Of a stretch of 64,000 nt of DNA, positions 13,668 to 23,782 are shown piece after piece. The translations under genes were made by a program, and so were the position numbers. This stretch comes from Monocercomonoides exilis PA203. Its lineage: Eukaryota > Protista > Preaxostyla. The notes below the pieces were generated by a model. The model made no database searches. It was not told the origin of the DNA and saw only the letters and a list, made by a program, of their open reading frames with translations. Position 1 is the first letter of the stretch. Every line of letters begins with the position of its first letter. Location: assembly GCA_001643675.2 (NCBI GenBank), contig LSRY02000053.1:372001-436000 (forward strand). The letters are read 5' to 3'.

Positions 13668-16041
13668 ATGGCAGATGACAAAAAACGTGATGGGAAATTC
13701 ATCTTTACAACTGAAAAGTTGCTTCAAATTATGGATGAATTTTGCAAGAGGTGCCCCGAATGTAAAATGTGCGAAAATCTGGTATTTTTCTTTGGAAAAT
13801 GTCAGGTTGGAAAAAGCACATTAATAAACAGACTAAGAGGAATAGAAATGGAAGAAGAAGGAAAAGGAAAACTTGTTGCAAAAACACGTTTGGAGAAAAC
13901 AGCAGCAATGGGAAAGGGAATAACATCAGAAACAGTTTTGCCAGAGGCATACAAACTGAATGATGAAATCGCCTTGCTCGACACACGTGGATTCTTAGGA
14001 GAAGAATTAGATGTCACTAACGATGTGCTCAGTTCGTTGATCTTGCAGTTCCATCACAAATACGCGAAAAAAGCGATGATTATTTATATCACAGAATTTG
14101 AAAATTTCAGCAATTTGACAAAGGCACATGCTGATATGGAAATACTGAACAAGAAATGCAGAACTCAGGATATTCCAATTTTGTTTCTTGCTAATAAATG
14201 CCATGAGAAAAAGATAAATAAAATGAAAGATCGTTTGCAAGCGAAAGAGGAAACTGGCTCATATGATGGACGAGCAGATGCAGAAGAAATCATGGGAAAA
14301 GCTCAAGATCTTTTGAATGAGAATATTGAAAAACTGAAAAATGCCACAATAATAAAAATTGTCAAACGGTTTTCTGAGGTATCAACAAGCATGACACTTG
14401 AACAAATTATTGAAACACTTTTACGCAAATAAAAAGGAGCGACGGGAAAGGAAGCAGAAGAAGTTAGAAAAGGCTTGAATGATTTGCAAATCATCTATCT
14501 GTGGGACAAGGCAATTGATGAAGGCAGATTGCTTTATTATGATCCAACGTTAGCTTGCTCTATCGAACGAATTATTGAAAAGATTGAGGATTCAAATAAT
14601 TACAGGGATCCTTGCGATGTGAATCTTGAATTTAACTCGGACTATTATAACTCGTTTATTGATTCAATCACGACAATGGCAAATAAGTATTATTGGCTGG
14701 TATCAGCAATGAGAGGAAGACGAAGAATTCCAAATTTTCTGAAAGACGTTGCAAATGCCTGTGAGATGCTTGCAAGTGAAACAAGCAAATTATGCAATAA
14801 CATTATCAGAGATTTGCACAAAATTGAAAAAACTTTAAAGGAAATGAATATCATTTTAATAGACTCATTTAAAAACAAGATTGAAAATGAAAAAGATGCA
14901 GTCAAAAGATGTGATGCTGAAATAAGAAAATACCAAGAGATGATCAGCGAACTTGACAGAGATGATCCTGTGAGATTCGACACAATTGAATTCTTCAGAA
15001 ATGTAGACTACACGTCAAATGAGTACAGAATTTACAAGAAAATCAATGTTCCGAATGCAATGGCTAAGTTTATTCCTGGAAACGAATACACATTCAACGA
15101 TGAAAAGCACAAACTGTGCATCAAAGATGGAGTGTTACAAGGTCTTTTTCGAGCACCAAGAACTGGTTACAAGGTGGTATATAACATTGCAAAATATGCT
15201 TCACTTGGTATAGCTACAAAGTTCGATAATGATACAAGTGTATGCGAAGGAACAATTGAACTATCTGCACCAATGCTCAATATCCCTTCAAATGCTCAGA
15301 AGATTAAGGAATATCAAATAAATAAAGATCAAAAAAAAAATTGGAAACTGAAAAGGAAATGTTCTCAAACATGAACGAACTATTCGAAAAATTGAAGCAA
15401 AATAAAAAAACAGATGATGAAATGCAAAAGGAGGATGAAGTTCAAGAAAAGGAAAAGGAGAAAAAAATAGAAAAATAGAAAAATTGAAAAATATCGAAGA
15501 AAATTGGAAAAGCAAATCGTCAAAGTTAAGGGCATATTCTGCATTTTGCGAGGAATGCGACAAGAAATGGGAGGAAAACGAGAACTTTATTAGAAAGTTG
15601 TATCATTTTGCAAAAATTTTTATTCCAGAGGCATATATCAATGAAGTGAAAAGAGAAAAGGCAGAAGAAACAAATTTTGACAATGAAGCTTCTTCTTCAA
15701 CAACTCCATCGTCATCTGCAACACCTTCCACTCACAGTGCATTTGAGAGCAGACAAGCAATGGCAGCATCTTCAAAGTCTTTGAGCGAATCAAAAATGGA
15801 AAGTGGGAAACAGGATTCGTCTTATATATTGCAGCCAAACGAGAATTTTAAGATCATTGCAAAGTTTATTGTTGCAATGGAGAGCATTGAGATTGCAGAA
15901 AATTTTAGAAATAAAACTGATCTGAAAGTTAATGACAAATATGATTTAAGACTTGTTTCAGATGCAGTTGACGAAACATTACTCATTTTGGATGAAGTGT
16001 TCGAGTGCATAGGGTTTTTCGAAGAGTTCAAAGAATGCTAA
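13668..16041 (+). pseudogene. Disrupted TRAFAC-type P-loop GTPase with coiled-coil C-terminus
   Basis: G1 GKCQVGKST, G2 SET, G3 DTRG, G4-like NKC. Lesions: in-frame TAA at 14430-14432 (ORF 14475 is in the same frame), frameshift in the A-run at ~15331-15340, and an 8-nt duplication (tagaaaaa) at ~15468-15483. Confidence 0.7.
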
Positions 16042-16596
16042 TTGAAAGAAGAAAACGAAAAGTCAAAATAGCAAATGAAGATGCCATTCTGTTGAAGCAG
16101 AAAGTTGAATGCTTACTCATCAATTTGTATATTCATCAAATCATTCTCAGATCTGCATTTCTTTCTTTTTCTTTTTCTTTTCTTTCTCTATCTTTCTTTT
16201 CCTAACTTTCTTCCTTCCTTCCTACCTTCTTTCTTTCTTTTGCTAGGCAATTTTTATGATTTATTCGCTCGCTGTTATTCCAATCACTATTTTAATTTTT
16301 TATTAAAGTTTGAGGTTTTTCATTCTTATTTTATTCTGATAATATGTTTGGCAATTATATAAATAGTAGTTTTATTTTCCAAATCAAATACAAATCGTGG
16401 CAGAATCATAAAAATTCTTTTATTTGCACCAAGATTTTGATGAAATATAAGAATTCTGAAATAACATCTCAATTTCAATAAATTGTGAATATTTTGTGCT
16501 TTTCGGTGAATTGATGCATAAACCTATCATCTTGACTCTTTTTGAGTTTGCTGCATGAGAGAAAAAAACATGAAAGTTTCTAAAGGATATCAACAG

Positions 16597-16702
16597 AATC
16601 AAAACACAAGCGTTTTGATTACAGAGAAAACATTTATTTCACTTCCTTCTCTAATATTTTTGAGAGCGCCACGTTATGGGTCAGTCACGATCGCTGATCA
16701 AA
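16597..16702 (+). repeat. DIRS left terminal region (24-nt hairpin extension plus left ITR)
   Basis: ttatttcacttccttctctaatatttttgagagcgccacgttatgggtcagtcac is the reverse complement (1 mismatch) of sequence within 21158-21242. Confidence 0.92.
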
Positions 16703-16710
16703 AAGAAATT

Positions 16711-17553
16711 ATGTGGACCATCTTCATGGGAACCGGACTCGCGACCGAACCTTGCGCAGCTCCGCTGACTGGTGGCCCTCCGAGTGCAATTCCCGCAATA
16801 GCAGGGAGTTATTCCGCTTCCCAATCAAGCGTTCAGTCGGAGCTTGATGGCCGGACAGATCCAACGCGAAGTGAAGATGATGAAGGAGATTCTTCTTTGC
16901 AGCAAACATTTATCGAAATATTTGGACAGCCGCCTGAGGTTTCACTTTACGATATGCATCTTCCAGAAAATAAAATTAACGAAGCGCTCTCACTTATGAA
17001 AGATGAAGATTTGAGTCCTTTTAATTAGAATGCTCCACCACCATTTACAAGATCCAAAGTATTTTGGAAAGACTCGCTCGATCGTGCAGGAGAACGTACA
17101 GAAACATATCTTTACCCGGAAATAAAGTTACTTATCTCGGCATGCTCAACAATCAAGTCGGGAGATACAACAAAAGAAATGATAGCAGATTCATGTTTGC
17201 TTTTAGCCCAGGCACTGAAAGAAGCCAGACACGTAAGAATACAAGCAAGATATGGGTTTTCCGAAGCAGAAAAAATGAAAGACGAATTTTCATCATCGCT
17301 GTTAACTCAGAGGCAAAAAGATATTTTAGAAGAATCAAAGAAAACATCCACAAAATTGAGATGGGGATCGGCAAGTATTACAAATTCATATGCAAGGAAG
17401 AAACAAATCAGGGGAATGCAAAGCGGAACAAAGAATTATCGGTTTTTTCGAGATTGGCCCCGGACGACCAGCACAAAACGATCATTCATCACAAGCAGCG
17501 CTCCAAGAGGTTATTCAAGAGGGAGTTCCGGGGACAAAGCAAAATCTCAATAG
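16711..17553 (+). CDS. DIRS ORF1 (gag-like), interrupted by in-frame TAG at 17026-17028
   Basis: First ATG after the left ITR. ORFs 16555..17028 and 17179..17553 share a frame and the intervening codons are open. Basic Arg/Ser/Gly-rich C-terminus. The gag call is by position. Confidence 0.65.
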
Positions 17554-19460
17554 AACACAACTTAACAATTGGTGGAAGAACTGCATTATTTGCAAAGGCT
17601 AGGAAAATGGTAGGAGGAGAAACGATGATCAGAAGAGGAGTTGTTCCGGTGTGGAGGAGTGCAAAAGCTCGCAAAACCCTTATCAACTCTCAGGAAAATT
17701 GCAGGAGACCGGAGCAATCACAAGAAGCAAGGAAAGCTTTGTCGGAGTTAATCAAAGGACAGGTGAAAACTGGAATCCTCAGGAAAATCACCAAAAACCA
17801 AGTGAAATTTCTCAATCCAATATTTGTAGTCAGGAAAAGGAACGGGAGCTGGAGACAGATTGTGGATTGCAGGAGGTTAAACAACGCGATAAAAACTATC
17901 CACTTCAAACAAGAGGATCATCGATCTGTGGAGAGAATAATAAAGAAGGGGGATTTCGCAGTCACACTGGATTTAAGCCAAGCGTATTATCTCATCAAGG
18001 TTTCCGAGGATTTCACTCCTTTTCTAAGCTTCGAATTCAACAAAGAATTTTATTGCTTCACCAGCATGCCTTTCGGTTACAAGGACTCCCCAAGAATATT
18101 CACAAAAATTATGAGAAAAGTCATTGCTTTCATTCGGGAAAGATGGAGGGTGAAAGCTGTCGCATATTTGGACGACGTTGTCTTGCTACACCAAGACAAG
18201 CAAGAACAAAAGAGAATCGCACAAGAAGTTATAAGTCTATTTCAGAAGCTCGGACTTATTGTAAATCTGGAAAAGAGTGGCATAGTACCATCAAATCGTT
18301 TTTCATTCCTCGGATATTCATGGGACACTTCCAACTTCACCGTAACTTTGGAGAAAGACAGAAAGAAAGAATTGCTCACGGAATGCTACAGATGGAGGCG
18401 CCGAGCACTGAAATGCAAGCAAACAAGAGTGAGAGATTTCGCGTCGTACATTGGCAAGCTAAGTGCAACTCGCTTCGTTTTCAAGGAAGCTTCACTCCTT
18501 CTTCCATCGATGTACATGCTGCTGAACAGAATGGTAAAAAAAGTGGGGTGGAAAGGAAGGATGAGAATCAACCCATCAATCCTTCCGAGCATTCAAAAAT
18601 GGATATCGAGACTGAATGCGAACAAACCGAGACAGCTTTGCCCAATATTCCAACCGCAAGCAACCTTGACGACAGATGCATCAGAGAGAGCCGTGGGAGC
18701 TGTTCTACTAATGAACAACAAAAAATACGATTTCCATCAATCGCTTCCAGGGAAATTGAGATGCCAGAGCTCGAATTACAGGGAATTATATGCAATCAAT
18801 CGAGCACTCAACCATTTCAGACACATTCTTCTGGTGAACAAAGTCTGCAGCTTGCTAATCAGATCGGACAATACAACAGCGGTTTTCAATGTCAATCGAT
18901 GGAATGCAGGAACAAATCTCAGGAAGTTGCTGATGAGAATATGGACATTTGTTCAGAACAGTCACATTCAGATAAAAGCCCAACACTTGCCAGGGACGAA
19001 GAATGTCAGAGCAGATGCTCTATCCAGGCTAGAAAGAGGGGGAGATTACTCCATAAAACAAGAAGAGCTAAACGAGATCACGGAAAACCTCAATCTCAAA
19101 ATAACAATGGATGCGTTCGCGACGAGGGAGAATACGAAAGCGGATCGATGGTGCGGTCCAGGAAGCACACTCAACGAAGACGGACTCCAGCAATCATGGC
19201 AAAGAGGCGTTTCTTTAGCCCATCCGCCGATTCCACTAATAGTCCCAACGATTGTGAAATCAATGGAAGAAAAGGCACATGTTCTTCTTCTGATGCCAGA
19301 TTGGAGAGGGCAGATATGGGAACCACTGATAAGAATGTCGAGACACTGCGAATGGAGATGGAAAGAACAGAATCAGGTTTTGAAGGAAGGAAGATGGATG
19401 AAACGGATGGAAGCAAGTCTACCGCCAGGCAGAATGAGAATAGTACTTATCAATCCTTAG
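17064..19460 (+). CDS. DIRS pol: reverse transcriptase, RNase H and Dam-like methyltransferase domain (true start uncertain)
   Basis: RT: LDLSQAYY, MPFGYKDSPRIF, AYLDD. RNase H: TTDAS, RELYAI, SDNTTAV, NVRADALSR. MT-like: MDAFATREN...DGLQQSW...AHPPIPLI...LMPDWRGQIW. Confidence 0.93.
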   Translation: MERLARSCRRTYRNISLPGNKVTYLGMLNNQVGRYNKRNDSRFMFAFSPGTERSQTRKNTSKIWVFRSRKNERRIFIIAVNSEAKRYFRRIKENIHKIEMGIGKYYKFICKEETNQGNAKRNKELSVFSRLAPDDQHKTIIHHKQRSKRLFKREFRGQSKISIEHNLTIGGRTALFAKARKMVGGETMIRRGVVPVWRSAKARKTLINSQENCRRPEQSQEARKALSELIKGQVKTGILRKITKNQVKFLNPIFVVRKRNGSWRQIVDCRRLNNAIKTIHFKQEDHRSVERIIKKGDFAVTLDLSQAYYLIKVSEDFTPFLSFEFNKEFYCFTSMPFGYKDSPRIFTKIMRKVIAFIRERWRVKAVAYLDDVVLLHQDKQEQKRIAQEVISLFQKLGLIVNLEKSGIVPSNRFSFLGYSWDTSNFTVTLEKDRKKELLTECYRWRRRALKCKQTRVRDFASYIGKLSATRFVFKEASLLLPSMYMLLNRMVKKVGWKGRMRINPSILPSIQKWISRLNANKPRQLCPIFQPQATLTTDASERAVGAVLLMNNKKYDFHQSLPGKLRCQSSNYRELYAINRALNHFRHILLVNKVCSLLIRSDNTTAVFNVNRWNAGTNLRKLLMRIWTFVQNSHIQIKAQHLPGTKNVRADALSRLERGGDYSIKQEELNEITENLNLKITMDAFATRENTKADRWCGPGSTLNEDGLQQSWQRGVSLAHPPIPLIVPTIVKSMEEKAHVLLLMPDWRGQIWEPLIRMSRHCEWRWKEQNQVLKEGRWMKRMEASLPPGRMRIVLINP

Positions 19461-20764
19461 AATCGCAAGGAGAAAAATGGTTTCGGAGAATGCTTCTTTC
19501 AAAGATATATTCCGAAAGGGTTATTGATGAATGCAAAAATAGCGTTGCTGAAAACACATGGAAAGGATATTCATATAGCTATGCGCGTTTCTGTGAAATT
19601 TGGGAAGATAAAAGAAATGGAGATCCACCGGAAGCTTGGAGTGAGTGGGTTGAAAAATGCGCTTCCATATTCATAAGCCTGAAAGACAAAGGGACGAAGG
19701 CTTCGACGCTCAAACAAACAAGTGCAGCATTAACGCTAATCTCAGAATTAGTGTACAATCGAGGCCTTGGAGAATCTGCACTCATTCAAAGACTATTAAA
19801 ATCATTCCGGAGATCAGAAAATAGGAAGTAAAAAGACAAACCAGACATCTGGAACCCACAACTCCTGCTGCAGAAAATAACATCATTAGGAGAGAACAGA
19901 AATCTCGATTTTCACGAACTGACAAAAAAGGCCATTTGCACATGTATGTTGTTTTCCGCCTGTCGCTTTACGGAGCTGGAAAGGATAAATCTTCAGCATT
20001 CAACAATCGGAGATGATTCAATAAAACTCGATTCATCATTAAAAACATCAACAGAACGGACAGATATTATCATCCCATTTATAAAAGAACAGCCGCTTGT
20101 GTGTCCAGCAGCTTCAGTTAAGGAACTTTGGAACAGAATCAAGGAGTCTCATCCAAATGCAACTTCACTATTTATTGATGAAACAACACATCTTGCCCTC
20201 TCTGCAAGAAGGATTCGTAATTATGCAGCTGAAATGTTACAGGGTGCTGGGGTTCCGAAGTGTTTCGGGCCTTACTCATTGAAGCATGCGTCTATCACTG
20301 CGCTTACGATGGCAGGAATTCCCTTATCTCAAATTCCGAAGTTTGCCAGACTCTCTCCAAGAAGCAATACAATCACAAAGCATTACGTCCAAACAGATGT
20401 GTCAAGCAAGCTGGCCCACGTGATAGCAAGATGCAATTCAACTATTCTCCAACCTGAAGAAAGTGCACCTGAGTCAGAGTCCGATTCAGATTTTGAGGCG
20501 GAATCCGATTCCGAAACAAATGCCAGTTCAAAATCAGAACATCAAACACCAACAAAGGAGAGATGTGAAAACGGAGATCAAAAACAACAAGCAATATTTG
20601 CATTCCCAGATAAAGTTGAGGAACCAGAGGACAACGAAGAAAACAATGCTGCACAGGCAGTTATCAGCGAGGCTAAGATTGAATGCATTATCCGAACAAG
20701 ATCTCAAATGAGAAAAGAATTGGAAAGGAAACAACACGAAGAAAAGAATATTAGTTCAAGCTAA
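17651..20764 (+). CDS. DIRS tyrosine recombinase ORF, long N-terminal part overlapping pol; in-frame TAA at 19829-19831
   Basis: ORFs 17651..19831 and 19946..20764 share a frame. Core-binding segment (NSVAENTWKGYSYSYARF), catalytic Arg in SACRFTEL, LKTS, YSLKH and nucleophile-like Tyr in TITKHY. Confidence 0.85.
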
Positions 20765-20795
20765 TTAATATAATCAAACCTTCCCAATTATCTAT

Positions 20796-20900
20796 GCTCT
20801 CAAAAATATAAGAGAAGGAAGTGAAATAAATGTTTTCTCTGTAATCAAAACGCTTGTGTTTTGATTGAAAGAGAAAATGGTTATTTCACTTCCTTCTCTT
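20796..20900 (+). repeat. DIRS internal complementary region (ICR)
   Basis: 20796-20866 is the reverse complement of the left terminus (16597-16667) and 20864-20900 is the reverse complement of the right terminus (21206-21242). The two halves share ATT at 20864-20866. Confidence 0.93.
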
Positions 20901-21157
20901 TCTCCCTCCACAACTCAGACATCCCATCCCCTTATGATTTCGTCATTGCTGAATAACAATGAGGGAAAAATTCAGCACTTATTATACCTTCTCTTTACAG
21001 TTTATATTTAGAATATTCAATTTAATTGAATTGTATCTTTCTTGTTTCTAACATGTGTATTCAATGCATTTGTAATAATAATTTTCAACTTTCCAAGTAT
21101 CAATTCACCTTTAATATTTCCCATTTGCACATTTGTGTTCCATTTCATAAAGTACCA

Positions 21158-21242
21158 TTTGATCAGCTGGGTGACTGACCCATAACGTGGCGCTCTCAAA
21201 AATATAAGAGAAGGAAGTGAAATAACCATTTTCTCTTTCAAT
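21158..21242 (-). repeat. DIRS right ITR
   Basis: tttgatcagc...gtgactgacccataacgtggcgctctcaaaaatataagagaaggaagtgaaataa, inverted relative to the left ITR. Confidence 0.92.
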
Positions 21243-23782
21243 TAAATTGGGCAAGGTAACCATAATTATATACTTATTCAACTAAATTAGAACAATTTTG
21301 AAAAATGAAATTTGTCAATTAGAACAAAACTGAAATTAACCAAAATAAAACCATGGGTAAATTATCACTTCTTTCACAAATTCTTGTTGGAGAATGAGGT
21401 GAAACTTTTTATGTTTGAAATTGAACTAATTAAAAACAAAAAAAATCTTAAATTTATGATTTATTAAGTGAATATTGAACAAACAAAACAGCAGAAGAAG
21501 GAAAATGAAGAAAAGGAAAAGAAGAAATATAACATATCGAGCATCGTAAATGAAAAAATGAAGCACCATTTTAAGAAATGGGAAAAAATCAGTGAAATCT
21601 TTTTTTTTCTCCTCTACCTGTCAGGCGGAGACTGCAATTGCGCGTGCTCCTTAACCTGTGGAGTTTGGATGGATCATCTAGTTGAAGCTAGCACGTTTTG
21701 TGAGTGTGTGTGTTTAATACAATAACGAGTGTTGTCGATGAGGGCGCATGAGAAGAGAAAGAAAAAGGGGGTTATTATCTGACTAAAACAAGGAAACAGT
21801 TATCAGAAGATGAAAAAAATTGGTCATAGCCACGCTATAAAATACAAACCATTTTTGTGAAAAAGAAACATGTGTGAAACATTTTTGTTTTCTTATGTTA
21901 GTTGCTGAGAAGGTTGTTTTTTCTTCTTTGTTGTGCTATGTTTAAAATAAAGCAACTGCAAACATTTCTTCGATTTCATCTTTTTCTATCGCTGTATTGA
22001 GGTAATCTTCCTTTGCCAGTAAAAAAATCAGTATTCAAGCTCCGAAATCGAAAATATCTTTTTTGATTCTTTTTTTGATTCTGTTTCGTTAATTTTCTGA
22101 GAATTCTTCTTTTTCCTCGTCTTCCTCTTCCTCCCAATTCATTCTCTTTCTCATTCTTCTGCAAATCGAAACAGCATTTCATCTCTTCTATATTCCTCTT
22201 TGTGGATGCAAAATTATTCAAAGAGAAAAGTTGCAGAAGTTCTTTTCCATGTTGCCAATAAATTTTTGGTTTTTGATGAAGAAATTGAAGAGGAAGAAAA
22301 AAGAGAAATTAAGAAGAGGAAGAAGGAAAAGAAGGAAAAGAAAAAGAAGATGATGATGACAAAGCTAATACCGAAAGATCAGAGCTCAACACAATGACTG
22401 CTTTCACAAAGTTCTTGCAGCAATAGATATGAAGAAATAACGAAGCTAGAAAAAGAATTGAAATGAAAAATGAAAGAAAATGAGTTTGATGAGACTATTT
22501 GAGGGAGGATGAGCAGTAAAGGAAAACAAGACTCATCTGAAGAAAATGCAGAAACAATGGACAGATTCGAATTTCATAACAGCCAATAGCAGCAAGAGAA
22601 GGCAGATCCATTCCATGTTGCAACATGGAATTTGATTGCGATTCAAACAACAAATTCACAAACACGAAGAAGGTGTTCTTTCCATCAGCCAAATTAAAAA
22701 AAATATCGTCAATGAAGAAATCGAAGGAGAAGGAGAAGAAAACTCACTGCCCACAAAAATGTTGCTTGAAATGGATTGTCCCCGGGAATGACGCTCATCA
22801 TAAAAAATACTGTTTGCTGGAATGGAAAAATGATTTAAAAAATACATAAAAATAATTAGTTTTGCATTGATAATGAAAATTCCCTTAAAAGTTCACACCT
22901 GCTCTCCCTATTGCAAATGCAGAGGATTGTTCAATCACCGATGCTTCCATTCTCCTTTTCCATTGTTTCCTCGTGCTCCTTTCTCTATCATCCTTTTCCC
23001 CCTCATAAATATCCTGCTTTTATGTTGTCATCCACTTTCTTTTTCAAAATAAAATATCTCTTCATTTTTTTCTTTCCAAGAGCTGTCCAATTGTTGGTAT
23101 TCTTCTTTTTTTTTTTCCTTTCATCCAAATGCTTCAAAATCGAATTTGTTTTCATCTCATTTCCAAGTTGAATACTAAAAATATGCAATTCCCATCTTCT
23201 GGTTGTATCTTGACATCAAGCTATCTTCTGATATTCTCCTCAGAAAAACAAAAGAATAACAATTTATATTATTTATCAGATTCTTGCACTCTGAGAAGGC
23301 TACTGATGGAAACATCTTTAAAAATGAATTAGAACGATAATAATATACAAACATTAAAGCATTTTCTTTAAACTATTCAGAAATTGCTGTTTTCCATTCA
23401 AAGATACTTTTCGCAAAAATCATCTCGCCCAATTCCATCATCAATTTCCCGCCTTCTCTGTTTCGTGCCACCGCACAAAATAAAATCGCATATCCTACAG
23501 AAAATATTCACTCACCAATTTCTCATTCAGCCTGTTGTTATGCCAGCACAAAGAATCTCTTTCGATCATTGAATCCATTACAAATAAAGAAAAAATAGAA
23601 AAATCGTTGTTTCTCTTCATAATCCTTTATCGGAATGTCAGAAAAAGAAAAAACGGCATAAACACAAATTTTTATGACTCTTGAGAGTTTTTATTTTTCA
23701 TCTATTTCTTCTGTCCAATGATATTCGAATTCAATATGAATGATAAAATTTTGTTGTATTCTGAATGTGATGTGTTACAAAA

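Larger units (their letters stand above)
16597..21242 (+). mobile_element. Full-length DIRS1-like tyrosine recombinase retrotransposon (4646 bp)
   Basis: gag-like, RT-RNaseH-MT and YR ORFs; inverted terminal repeats; ICR complementary to both termini; AAT at both boundaries; no DDE integrase or direct LTRs. Confidence 0.95.

Noticed and set aside
14430-19831. TAA/TAG reassigned to Gln (as in some oxymonads) to explain three in-frame stops
   Set aside because: Multi-thousand-codon host ORFs and pol contain no internal TAR. Nop16, TAF7 and the cathepsin end in TAA/TAG at expected positions. The GTPase also has frameshifts.
16597-21242. LTR (Ty3/copia) retrotransposon or prophage integrase
   Set aside because: Repeats are inverted with an ICR, there is no protease or DDE integrase, and the YR is coupled to a DIRS-type RT/RNase H.
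21900-23650. Coding genes in this interval
   Set aside because: Only short stop-riddled protein-like remnants; no supportable gene model.
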